From Alphaproteobacteria bacterium (GTDB lineage Bacteria > Pseudomonadota > Alphaproteobacteria > RF32 > CAG-239): 64,000 bases of DNA. How positions within the stretch are numbered: the first letter of the stretch is position 1; each line of letters begins with the position of its first letter. The DNA lies in the NCBI GenBank assembly GCA_045221335.1, contig JBGUWS010000017.1:79737-143736 (forward strand). The letters are read 5' to 3'. This document shows, piece by piece, positions 54,568 through 64,000 of the stretch. The position numbers and the translations under genes are program-made. The notes beneath the pieces were generated by a model. It saw nothing but the letters and a program-made list of their open reading frames with translations, did not search any database and was not told the DNA's origin.

Positions 54568-57500
54568 ATGTTTGAAGATAATGGTCGCCTGTTGACATCA
54601 AAGCGTTTTTTACCGCTACTTATAACACAATTTTTAGGTGCCTTTAATGATAATCTTTTTAAAAATGCCTTGTTAACGATGGTAACTATCCGCTTAACGG
54701 CGCAAGCGGACGTCTTATCAAACATAATTGCCGGTTTGTTCATTCTCCCGTTTTTTATTTTTTCTGCCACAGCCGGAGAGGTTGCTGATAAATATGATCG
54801 GGATAAAATTGCCCGTACCTTAAAAGCAACAGAATTAGCATTAATGTGTGGGGTAGCTGTCGTTTATTTAACCGGCAGTTTAACCCTATTGGTTGTTCTA
54901 TTAGCATTAATGGGGACACAATCTGCCTTTTTTGGCCCGATAAAGTATGCCTTGTTACCGCAATTATTGGATAATAAAGAGTTGGTAGAGGCCAACGCTT
55001 ATGTTGAAGCCTCAACGTATATGGCCATTTTATTTGGTTTAATTATGGGAACATTATTGCCGATAAGCCTGGTCATCGGCGTACTGATTGTGTGTGCAAT
55101 ATTGGGATTACTGGCCTCTAAAAATATTCCTTCAGCGCCGGCACCACGACCGACATTGGAAATATCGCATAATCTCATTAAAGCCACAAAATCGATTTTA
55201 GTTCTCATTCATAAAAACCCTGTCATTTTCACCAGTATCTTAGGAACAAGCTGGTTCTGGACAATTGGGGCGTTGGTTGCCGTACAAATATATCCGTTAT
55301 CGGGTAAAATCTTAAATGTATCAGAGGGGGTTATCACATTCTTCTTAATTATTTTCTCGGTTGGTGTGGCCGCGGGATCCATCTTTTGCGGTAAATTATT
55401 GCGTGGCCTGATACATGCCACTTACGTTCCGATCAGTGTTTTAGGTATGGGCATTGGCTTATATTTATTATATCTTTTAACCGAAAATTATGCCGCACCG
55501 ACAGAAACAGCATCCTTTCTTGAATTTATGACCAGAAAGAGCGCTTGGGGAATAAGCTTCAGTCTGTTCTTATTAGCCTTCTTTGGCGGAACATATATCG
55601 TACCGCTTAATGCGTTAATGCAAAGCCATGCTCCTAAGAGCCATACAGCCTCCATTATTGCCGGTAATAATATCATGAATGCCTTAGGTATGGTCGTTGC
55701 CGCCGTTTCAGCTATTATCGTATTTAAATTGGGCTATGACGTATCAAAGCTGTTCTTCTTTGCATCCATTGCTTGTTTGTTTGCTTTCTTTTATACCTCT
55801 TTATTATTACCTGATGCTTTGTTGCGTTCCATATTACAAGCAATTTTAAGTGTTTTATTCCGCGTAAAGATAACCGGTCTTGAAAATTTCAAAAATGCCG
55901 GTCGCCGTTGTTTATTAATTGCTAACCATACCTCTTTATTAGATGGTATATTGATAGCTGCTTTCATGCCGGAGAAAGTTGTCTTTGCTCTTAATACGGA
56001 ATGGTATAATAAATGGTACATCAAATTATGCGGTATTTTAGTTAAATTCTATCCGATTGATCCGTCATCGCCGATATCTTTGCGTCAAATGATCGAGCAG
56101 ATGAAGAAAAACCACAAGGTTATGATTTTCCCGGAGGGACGTATTACCACTACTGGCGGTTTGATGAAAGTTTATGAAGGAGCCGGTGTTATTGCCGAGA
56201 AAGCAGATGCCGTTATCGTGCCGATCAGAATAAACGGTGCGCAATATAGTAAGTTCTCGTACTTAAATAAGACCTTGAAAACTCGTTTCTTCCCCAAAAT
56301 CACCATGCAGGTATTACCGCCACGCAGTATTAACGGAGAAAACGATCTTAAGGGTAGGGAACATCGTCACGCGATTTCAATGCAACTATATGATATCATG
56401 ACAGATATGATGTACAAGACATCAAATCTTGATGAAAACGTGTTTGTTTCTTTGATTAAGGCTGCAGAGGATAATGGTTGGAATCATAAAATTGTTGAAG
56501 ATGTTTCAAGACAAGCGTTAACTTACAATACGTTAGTTAAGAAAAGTTATGTTTTAGGTCTGGCTTATGAAGGAGCTTTCCCTGAAGAAAAATACATCGG
56601 TTTGTTGTTACCAAATACATTAGTTGATGTCGTCAGTTTTTGGGGATTGATTTCTGCAGATAAAGTACCGGTCATGATTAACTATTCTTTAGGTTTGCAG
56701 CAATTGATGTCTTCCGTACATACTATTCAGCTCAAAACTGTTGTTACAGCACATAAATTCATAGAGCAGGGACACTTTGAGCATATTGAGGAGGCCTTGA
56801 TAAAGGATGGCATTAAAGTTGTTTATCTGGAAGACTTTGCTAAAACCATATCGCTCAAATGCAAATTACATGGCTTTATGCGTCACTTAAGAAACCGCGT
56901 ACCGGTAACACCTGCAGATGAAACAGCTGTTGTTCTGTTTACCTCAGGTTCGGAAGGTATGCCGAAGGCCGTTTTACTATCACACAAAAATTTACAGGCA
57001 AACCGTTATCAATTGACCAGTGTTTTGGCCTTCAATCGTGCGGATATTCTCTTTAATGCCTTGCCGATGTTCCATTCTTTTGGCTTATCTGTGGGTGTTT
57101 TATTGACCAACTTATCGGGTATTAAGACATTCTATTACCCGTCACCATTGCACTATCGTATCGTACCGGAGTTGGTATACGATACCAATTCAACCATTAT
57201 ATGCGGTACGGATACCTTCTTCTATGGTTATGGACGTATGGGTAACCCGTATGACTTCTTTAACTTAAAATATGCTGTTGTCGGTGGCGAAAAATTAAAG
57301 GCCACAACAGCTAATCTCTGGATGGAAAAGTTTGGTGTTCGCATTATGGAAGGTTATGGTGCAACAGAAACATCTCCGGTATTGTGTTTGAATACCCCGA
57401 TGTATATTAAAAAAGGTACAGTGGGCAGATTGTTACCGGGAATTGATTACCGCTTAGAAAAAGTAGAAGGTGTTGATGACGGCGGTAGATTGTTTGTAAA

Positions 57501-57945
57501 GGGCGATAACATTATGCAAGGTTACATTAAAGCTGATAAGCCCGGTAAGTTGCAACCACCACATGAAAACTGGTATGATACCGGTGATATTGTTAATGTT
57601 GATGAAGAGGGCTTTGTTACCATCTTAGGTCGTGCTAAGCGTTTTGCAAAAATCGCCGGTGAAATGATCTCTCTAACAGCCGTAGAAACAGCTATAGAAA
57701 AATTGTATACCGGTGCCCTGCAGGGTGTAGTAACCATACCTGACGAGATGAAAGGCGAACAGCTGGTATTAATAACTGATAGAGAGGATGCAAAAGCCTC
57801 TGATATTCAAGCTTTCTTCCGTAAAGAAGGTTTCAGTGATCTTTGGGTTCCTAAAAAAGTTATTTACACACCGACCCCACCGGTTATGGGTACCGGTAAG
57901 TTTGACTACCAAAAAGCAGCCCAGATGCTCAAAGAAAGCAAATGA
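54568..57945 (+). CDS. aas: Acyl-ACP:lysophospholipid acyltransferase (MFS-PlsC-acyl-ACP synthetase fusion)
   Basis: MFS N-terminus (TQFLGAFNDN), NHTSLLD/FPEG, FTSGSEG.PK, EGYGATE, YDTGD. Confidence 0.95.
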   Translation: MFEDNGRLLTSKRFLPLLITQFLGAFNDNLFKNALLTMVTIRLTAQADVLSNIIAGLFILPFFIFSATAGEVADKYDRDKIARTLKATELALMCGVAVVYLTGSLTLLVVLLALMGTQSAFFGPIKYALLPQLLDNKELVEANAYVEASTYMAILFGLIMGTLLPISLVIGVLIVCAILGLLASKNIPSAPAPRPTLEISHNLIKATKSILVLIHKNPVIFTSILGTSWFWTIGALVAVQIYPLSGKILNVSEGVITFFLIIFSVGVAAGSIFCGKLLRGLIHATYVPISVLGMGIGLYLLYLLTENYAAPTETASFLEFMTRKSAWGISFSLFLLAFFGGTYIVPLNALMQSHAPKSHTASIIAGNNIMNALGMVVAAVSAIIVFKLGYDVSKLFFFASIACLFAFFYTSLLLPDALLRSILQAILSVLFRVKITGLENFKNAGRRCLLIANHTSLLDGILIAAFMPEKVVFALNTEWYNKWYIKLCGILVKFYPIDPSSPISLRQMIEQMKKNHKVMIFPEGRITTTGGLMKVYEGAGVIAEKADAVIVPIRINGAQYSKFSYLNKTLKTRFFPKITMQVLPPRSINGENDLKGREHRHAISMQLYDIMTDMMYKTSNLDENVFVSLIKAAEDNGWNHKIVEDVSRQALTYNTLVKKSYVLGLAYEGAFPEEKYIGLLLPNTLVDVVSFWGLISADKVPVMINYSLGLQQLMSSVHTIQLKTVVTAHKFIEQGHFEHIEEALIKDGIKVVYLEDFAKTISLKCKLHGFMRHLRNRVPVTPADETAVVLFTSGSEGMPKAVLLSHKNLQANRYQLTSVLAFNRADILFNALPMFHSFGLSVGVLLTNLSGIKTFYYPSPLHYRIVPELVYDTNSTIICGTDTFFYGYGRMGNPYDFFNLKYAVVGGEKLKATTANLWMEKFGVRIMEGYGATETSPVLCLNTPMYIKKGTVGRLLPGIDYRLEKVEGVDDGGRLFVKGDNIMQGYIKADKPGKLQPPHENWYDTGDIVNVDEEGFVTILGRAKRFAKIAGEMISLTAVETAIEKLYTGALQGVVTIPDEMKGEQLVLITDREDAKASDIQAFFRKEGFSDLWVPKKVIYTPTPPVMGTGKFDYQKAAQMLKESK

Positions 57946-57952
57946 GGATGAT

Positions 57953-59155
57953 ATGAAAAAAATTCTCTCAGTGCTTGTAATAGGGTTATGTCTAACCTGT
58001 TTGCAATCTTATGCCGAAGATTCTATTGAGATGACTTTTGATGAGTTTTCAAAGAAATTTAAAGAACGCGAGGACCTAAGTCAACAGACCGAAGAGCTTG
58101 TTTCCATGCTTGATGTAAACAGCGATAAAAAAGTTTCTCAAAATGAAATCAACATGATAACGGCAGAAATAAATAATTCGCCTAAAATGCTGATAAACGG
58201 ATTAAATGAAAAAGAGTTTAGTGAATACATATTAAATGCGTTCAAGCAATGTGATAAGGATTTAAATAATGAATTAACCGGCAAAGAGATAGATGAACTG
58301 GCAGAAAAATTATGTGATTATTCTATAAAAGCAGCATTTAATGACCTGGATAAAAATCACGATGGTGTAATTAATGATGCGGATATGCCGACACCGGAGG
58401 AAAAAAAGCAACAATTAGAAGAAGCGAAGCAACAATTTAAAGAGAAAATAAGAGAAGCAAAAAATGCATTGGATGAATTCGAAAATATGGATATTGATAA
58501 AATTATGCAAAACTGGGTAGAAAGTATGATGACCTATGCTGCGGATGAAGATTTTTATCAAATGGATAAAGATAAAAATAAATGTGTCAATCAAGAAGAA
58601 TATGTAAACTACAAATTGATGATTGACGCTAATAATGAAGAAGATGATGGGTCAAAAGGAACAGCAGAGGATTATTCCAAGGAATATAAAGAAATCGAAA
58701 AATTACAAAACGAATGCCTGAGAAAAGAAGAATATATTGCCTTCCAAACTTCAAATATAGATGAGTTATTCAAAGGTATGGCTGATAGAGCGAAAAATGT
58801 ATCTGAAAATATACCAGATGCACCAGAGGAGAAAGCTTTTTTAAAAACAGATGAGGACAAGAATAAGTCGGAATACGTTGAAAAAGCACTCCTCACACCA
58901 AAAGAAGAAGATTTCTTAAAAATGGATGAAGACGAAAATAATTGTGTCAGCATGCCGGAATATGTCAGTTATAGAATAATGACTTATGACAAAGACAAAG
59001 AGGGTGATGAGTTAAAGAAGAGTATATCATATTATTCCAGAGAATATGAAGAAATAATAAAATTAGAAAAGAACTGTTTGACTAAAGATGAATATGTAAC
59101 TTACTTAAACAACAAAGAAAATACCAAAAGGAACGCAGATGAAGGCTTAAATTAA
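57953..59155 (+). CDS. Secreted multi-EF-hand protein
   Basis: Signal peptide from ATG 57953; [48 protein letters not shown] and [12 protein letters not shown] loops. Confidence 0.85.
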   Translation: MKKILSVLVIGLCLTCLQSYAEDSIEMTFDEFSKKFKEREDLSQQTEELVSMLDVNSDKKVSQNEINMITAEINNSPKMLINGLNEKEFSEYILNAFKQCDKDLNNELTGKEIDELAEKLCDYSIKAAFNDLDKNHDGVINDADMPTPEEKKQQLEEAKQQFKEKIREAKNALDEFENMDIDKIMQNWVESMMTYAADEDFYQMDKDKNKCVNQEEYVNYKLMIDANNEEDDGSKGTAEDYSKEYKEIEKLQNECLRKEEYIAFQTSNIDELFKGMADRAKNVSENIPDAPEEKAFLKTDEDKNKSEYVEKALLTPKEEDFLKMDEDENNCVSMPEYVSYRIMTYDKDKEGDELKKSISYYSREYEEIIKLEKNCLTKDEYVTYLNNKENTKRNADEGLN

Positions 59156-59598
59156 GCTTTAGTGACATACTTTTTAGCTTCAAGTCGTGCCAATTCATCA
59201 CATCTTTCATTTTCTTTGTGTCCGGCATGACCTTTTACCCATACAAAGCGGATTTCATGTTTAGTCCGCAGTTCATCGAGCCTTTGCCATAGTTCAATAT
59301 TTTTAACGGCTGATTTTTTATTAGCTGTCCGCCAACCGTTTACTTTCCACTGTTCAATCCACTCTTCGATTCCGTTCATGACATAACGACTATCAGTATA
59401 AAGCGTAATATTGCAAGGTTCTTTTAAGGCTTCTAAAGCGGCAATAACAGCCGTCAATTCCATGCGATTATTGGTTGTATTCTCTTCTCCGCCGGAAAGT
59501 TCTTTTTCTACCGTATTATAACGTAGTATCACACCCCAACCGCCGGCTCCGGGATTACCCGAACAAGCACCATCAGTAAAAATTTCCACTCTTTTCAT
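59152..59598 (-). CDS. rnhA: Ribonuclease HI
   Basis: [31 protein letters not shown]. Confidence 0.97.
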   Translation of the reverse strand: MKRVEIFTDGACSGNPGAGGWGVILRYNTVEKELSGGEENTTNNRMELTAVIAALEALKEPCNITLYTDSRYVMNGIEEWIEQWKVNGWRTANKKSAVKNIELWQRLDELRTKHEIRFVWVKGHAGHKENERCDELARLEAKKYVTKA

Positions 59599-59606
59599 AT
59601 CAACCT

Positions 59607-60671
59607 CTATTCTGTTCTCAAATAACATGAGAAAAATTCATTGGTCAAAATATGTAGGTCGGCATTTTTACGTAGAGCCTGCGCAACAAAAGACCGTAAA
59701 TCATTTTTAGCAACATAAAAACGAAAACTCTTAGGAATAGCCCCATCAGCACCGACAACGCCATCCATCAACAAATCCTGTGTAATATTCTCACTTAATA
59801 GTATCTCAGCTTTAGCACAAGAGAGTAAAGATCTCGGTGGTACACGCATCCCTAAAGGGGTAATCAAATTAATTGAATTATGTTCGCCCGCTAAATTTTC
59901 TAATTGATTATCATAATAGAAAGTAACTTTGTTTTCATCTCCTCCAACGCATTGTGTGTTACAAGAAAGATAAACCTCTTTAGCAATTGCATTTGAGTTA
60001 TTTTCAGCTGATAATGAAAACACAACGCGCACTCTTTTTTCTTTTCGCTTTTTTTTGGTTTGTGAAGCAAAGATATCATCATCACCTTCATTAATAACAT
60101 CTAAGCTTTTATCATTAATAACCAGATCAATATTTGGTTGCGGCCGCTTACCAAACATTCCCGCAACCACGGCATATGGTGCCGGTACGTTATTAGAACC
60201 GGAACGAATATAAATTTGGCTGCCTGTTGTGGTCATCAACGGCGCAATATCTGATTTCGGAATATATGTGGCCAAATAACCGTTCCCGTCTTTATCAGCA
60301 CTGATAATATGATTTCTAACCTTATTGTGTGAGGGAATAGTACAACCGGAAATCGCATTTTCAAGCCAACTTAAAAAACGGTGTACATTACTAACCTTAA
60401 CTTTAGCCTTAGCAACATCACCAATCTCTAAATCTCTGGAGCACTCAACACCCCAAACTAAAACACCGCCTTCCGAATTACCAAAGGCAGAAATTGCCTT
60501 ACCAAGATTACGCCGATCGTTAGGGTGAAGCGTACGCATGGACTTACCATCAGAGGCCGCTTGCTTAAAGTCCAAGAACAGCTCTTCAGTTTGTCTGTTC
60601 TGTAGAAATTCATCAATAGCATCTTCCCCAAAATAAATCAATTTTTCAAATATATCTTCCGCACGTGACAT
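59607..60671 (-). CDS. Schlafen/AlbA_2 domain protein
   Basis: E...[23 protein letters not shown]. Confidence 0.8.
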   Translation of the reverse strand: MSRAEDIFEKLIYFGEDAIDEFLQNRQTEELFLDFKQAASDGKSMRTLHPNDRRNLGKAISAFGNSEGGVLVWGVECSRDLEIGDVAKAKVKVSNVHRFLSWLENAISGCTIPSHNKVRNHIISADKDGNGYLATYIPKSDIAPLMTTTGSQIYIRSGSNNVPAPYAVVAGMFGKRPQPNIDLVINDKSLDVINEGDDDIFASQTKKKRKEKRVRVVFSLSAENNSNAIAKEVYLSCNTQCVGGDENKVTFYYDNQLENLAGEHNSINLITPLGMRVPPRSLLSCAKAEILLSENITQDLLMDGVVGADGAIPKSFRFYVAKNDLRSFVAQALRKNADLHILTNEFFSCYLRTE

Positions 60672-60686
60672 AATATTCTCCTTGTT

Positions 60687-61358
60687 TTATCGATGGTATG
60701 TCTCTCTTGCTTTATTAAAAAAGGTAATGTCTGCTTCATCAAACAACATGGGTGGAATAAGAGATTCAAATCTTTTAGCTTTAATATTTTTATCATATCT
60801 CTTGCAAAAATCCAATGCTGATTCCACATATAAAGTTAAATTCGTATCACATTCATTTTGAATGGATTTTAAGGCTAGCTTTTCTTTCATCTTAAGATGA
60901 TTAATATTATCATTAATCCATAATTTAATAACTTCTTCAATTTCAAAGTCTTTAGATCTGAGTACTGGTTGTTGGGTATTCTGTTCATCTAAATCGAGAA
61001 ATTCAGTTATTTTTGCTTCATCAAGATTGTTTTTTTCAATAATGTCTTTAATAAGAGCAGTCCTTTTTTGAGCCAAATCTTTATGCTTTTGTGTGCAAGA
61101 AATAACTTGGTAAAACATACTGTATGCCATCATCTTCAATATTAAAGGTAACATACACCAAGCAAAGATTATATAGCCGCACACACAATACAAAGTATAT
61201 TGATTTTGCAAAGATTCGTTTTCAAGAGATAATATCCGATGCAGCGCAATCATTAAAATCAAAAGCGCACCCCCCTGACATGCAACAACAAAAAACAGAA
61301 GGTTATTCTTTTTCTTTCTAAATTCCTCAAAATCTTTCACAGTATTAACATCAACCAT
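60687..61358 (-). CDS. Hypothetical membrane protein
   Basis: Two N-terminal TM segments and a soluble tail. Confidence 0.65.
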   Translation of the reverse strand: MVDVNTVKDFEEFRKKKNNLLFFVVACQGGALLILMIALHRILSLENESLQNQYTLYCVCGYIIFAWCMLPLILKMMAYSMFYQVISCTQKHKDLAQKRTALIKDIIEKNNLDEAKITEFLDLDEQNTQQPVLRSKDFEIEEVIKLWINDNINHLKMKEKLALKSIQNECDTNLTLYVESALDFCKRYDKNIKAKRFESLIPPMLFDEADITFFNKARETYHR

Positions 61359-61414
61359 CAAATCAATTCCACATCATGAACAATAAATAAAATTCCCAAT
61401 CAAACTATAGCATC

Positions 61415-61439
61415 AAAAAAAAACAGCCCGTAGGCTGTT
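61415..61439 (-). terminator. Terminator of lemA
   Basis: Minus strand AACAGCC-tacg-GGCTGTT followed by a T-run. Confidence 0.8.
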
Positions 61440-61446
61440 ATAGAGA

Positions 61447-62001
61447 TTACTTAAAATAATCGTTTACATCAACGGATTCTTTAGCCCCTTCTTCTGCTTC
61501 AAAAAACGGATATTCGTCTTTAAGTCCGATAATAAGAGCAACCAAAGATGAAGGAAAAATCTGAATGGCATTTTTATAATCTTTAACTGCTGCATTGTAA
61601 AAACGTCTTGCTGCAGCAATGTGTTCTTCTGTTTCAGCCATAGATTGCTGGGCATTAACCATAGTAGCATCAGATTTAAGTTGCGGATAACTTTCAGCCC
61701 TGATATTAAAAGTACGCAATGCGGTCGAAAGTTCACCTTCAGCCTTAAATTTATCGTTATAATTTGTGGCATTCATAGCCTTTTCTCTCAAGGTTGTTAC
61801 CGCTTTAAAAAGCTCCTTTTCATGTTCCATAAATTTAGCTGCAGCTTTAAGCATATTAGGAATTAAATCATAGCGTTTTTTTAACTGCACATCAATTCCC
61901 GAAGCGGCTTCGGCAACATTATTTTTCTTCTTAATAAGTGAAACATATAGGCCGTAAAATAAAACCAATATAAAAAGCAAAATCCAGAGCAAAATAGACA
62001 T
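61447..62001 (-). CDS. lemA: LemA family protein
   Basis: IDVQLKKRYDLIPN, E.YP.LK, ARRFYN, FPS. Confidence 0.93.
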   Translation of the reverse strand: MSILLWILLFILVLFYGLYVSLIKKKNNVAEAASGIDVQLKKRYDLIPNMLKAAAKFMEHEKELFKAVTTLREKAMNATNYNDKFKAEGELSTALRTFNIRAESYPQLKSDATMVNAQQSMAETEEHIAAARRFYNAAVKDYKNAIQIFPSSLVALIIGLKDEYPFFEAEEGAKESVDVNDYFK

Positions 62002-62153
62002 TCGAAAACTCCTAAAAAATTCAACTACGATAAAGCTATCAAATATTTGTTAAAATAAAGTAAAATCAAAAAATGTAACTTATTACAGTAAAATATTATA
62101 TAAAAAAATAAGCTAAAAAATTAACATGATAAAATAACATACTAAAATAAAAC

Positions 62154-62388
62154 AAAAAAAATTGCGCTTTACAGCTACGGCAGGGAACACATAACCATAA
62201 AGCGCTCTATCTTAAATTGCGCAATTTCTCCGGAGAATTTATTTCTAATAATAACTATAAGACATCGGGCAATTCGTGATTGTCATTTATTGGTGAACTA
62301 TGCTTCTTTGGCCTAAAAAGCACATTCATACATCATAAAAACGCTCTCACGTTATTTATGCTAACAAAAGACACAAAGCATAAATATC
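62154..62388 (-). ncRNA. Candidate structured small RNA
   Basis: 5' hairpin 62354-62385; 16-bp G-U-containing terminal hairpin 62164-62205 with U-tract; no ORF. Confidence 0.4.
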
Positions 62389-62550
62389 CGCGAAATATGT
62401 GATCAAATTAAAAAAAAGCAATAATCAAATCCGACACAAATATATAATAAACCTTAACAAACCATTTAAAACCTAAAACCCTTCAATCATTCATACAATA
62501 AATTTTTGCATTTGTTCACAGAATTGTTTTATTACTCGAGTCTATATTTT

Positions 62551-64000
62551 TTAGAGGCAATTTAACCAAACTAATCCGCCAGAAACATCAACATTAGCTT
62601 CTTTTCTCAAAACTAAATCATCGACTTCAAAGTCATTAAAATGAAGCCTTTTTAATAAATCCAAAATATACGATTTTTTATGCTTATAGCGACCATTCGG
62701 TGCCAGATAATAATCTTGATTCCTATCTTCATCATCAAATTCAACAGAAAAACAAACTTTTACCTTCTTAAAATGCTCTAATACCGGTTTTAAGTCACCA
62801 AAGTAACAAAGTACATCAAATGCAATAACCCAATCATATTCTTTAAGCGAATGTTTTTCTAAAAATGAAATAATATCACTACAATAAAGCTCCTGGTAAA
62901 TCTCCTTTTTTTGTGCTACCTCAATCATCTGAGCGGATATATCTACACCGTAAAAAGCGTTATTCTTATTTTTTAACTTTTCTGCACTAAATCCCGTTGC
63001 ACAACCTAAATCTAAAATTTTTCCCTCAATGACAGGAACTCTGCGTTGGAAAGTTTCAATAATACGGGGTTGTAGTTTTGTCATTGTTTCATCATAGCTT
63101 AAAGCAAAATTGTCAAACAATTTTTCAACATACTTAAGATTTGTTTTTTCGTTACTTCCGCTAAAAGAGCTCAATAGGTGTTTTGAAAAAATATTATCTG
63201 GTTCTTGTTTTTGCCAGTTTTCAGCAATTTTAAGTGCTATCTCCGGGTTTTCTTTAAATAAATCACTTAATGTCTCAAATATATTAATAACATAAACCTC
63301 ATTCTTAGGATCCTTGATATGAGCATTAAACATTAGTCCTAATGCCTCATCAAAATCTCCTAATTCTTTTAAAATCAAAGCCAAATTATAGCTGATTTCG
63401 GGACTTTCAGGGTTTAATGTGGCCGCAATTCGATATTCTTCTAAAGCTTCCGTTAAACATTTACTCTTATACAAAGCGATTCCATAATTTACATGTGCAC
63501 CGGCTATATCCCGATTGATATCAAAACTTTTAAGATAATATTCTTTTGCTTTATCAAGCTTGTTTTTAGTAAGATAAATATCGGCAGTCTCCAAAATAGC
63601 TTGCAAATTTTTATCATCAAGATTCAGTACTTTAAGATAGAAAGTTAACGCTTTATCAACATTATTTTGCTCTTTAGCAATATCAGCAGCCAAAAGTAAT
63701 GCATCTGTGCGTTCCGGAGCTATTTCAATAGCTCTTTTAATATATTTTTCTCTATGATTTGTTTCAATAGGCAACTGGGCTGCCAAAAATTGTGCGTAGA
63801 AATTGTTAATATCATTGTCAGCTAAGTTTTGCAAAGTCTCATAATCGTTAGTATAAAAACACAAATAAGCTCGCGCCTCATCGTATTGATTGTCAATTTC
63901 TAACGCGCGGCAAAAATTTTTTATTCCGGCCTCTCTATCACCATTTTCTGCCAATAAAACACCCAGAGCATTAAAACCTTCCTTAAAATCTGTTTTTAAT
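62551..64000 (-). CDS. TPR-repeat protein with a C-terminal SAM-dependent methyltransferase (5'-partial)
   Basis: TPR units; YVEKLFD.FA.SYD, LDLGCATG, GVDIS..M, DVLCYFGDL, GRYKH; frame open to the window edge. Confidence 0.9.
   Translation of the reverse strand, partial: LKTDFKEGFNALGVLLAENGDREAGIKNFCRALEIDNQYDEARAYLCFYTNDYETLQNLADNDINNFYAQFLAAQLPIETNHREKYIKRAIEIAPERTDALLLAADIAKEQNNVDKALTFYLKVLNLDDKNLQAILETADIYLTKNKLDKAKEYYLKSFDINRDIAGAHVNYGIALYKSKCLTEALEEYRIAATLNPESPEISYNLALILKELGDFDEALGLMFNAHIKDPKNEVYVINIFETLSDLFKENPEIALKIAENWQKQEPDNIFSKHLLSSFSGSNEKTNLKYVEKLFDNFALSYDETMTKLQPRIIETFQRRVPVIEGKILDLGCATGFSAEKLKNKNNAFYGVDISAQMIEVAQKKEIYQELYCSDIISFLEKHSLKEYDWVIAFDVLCYFGDLKPVLEHFKKVKVCFSVEFDDEDRNQDYYLAPNGRYKHKKSYILDLLKRLHFNDFEVDDLVLRKEANVDVSGGLVWLNCL

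Noticed and set aside
57788-57952. Long overlap or frameshift fusion between aas and the EF-hand gene
   Set aside because: aas is complete, and the EF-hand gene has its own SD and signal peptide at ATG 57953.

Overview
Chromosomal window from an AT-rich bacterium, very likely a host-associated (gut-type) alphaproteobacterium. The lineage evidence is lpxI-lpxB-comEC, the Aas fusion, accBC, and tRNA-fMet with the alphaproteobacterial UCAGG/CCUGA anticodon stem. It carries housekeeping genes (dut, trkH, psd, htpX, hppA, tcdA, htpG, rnhA, lemA), an ~11 kb surface-glycan glycosyltransferase cluster and three tRNAs. I found no CRISPR array, integrase or transposase. The main unexplained signals are: (1) at least six monocistronic orphan genes, including three tandem paralogs and a Bacteroidota-style lipoprotein, with sigma70 promoters but Shine-Dalgarno-less, Bacteroidota-like translation leaders, unlike the SD-led core genes; (2) tRNA-linked repeat elements behind both tRNA-Met genes (relic behind tRNA-Phe) that share a core but copy the T-arm and 3' end of their own tRNA; (3) a stand-alone phage tail-fibre/holin/spanin cassette behind a double-terminator leader; (4) effector-like proteins: a GH108-like plus Cys/His hydrolase, an HExxH-MORN protein, and a zeta toxin coupled to a HAD nucleotidase; (5) two candidate sRNAs. 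All family calls come from motif recognition by eye, not database searches.
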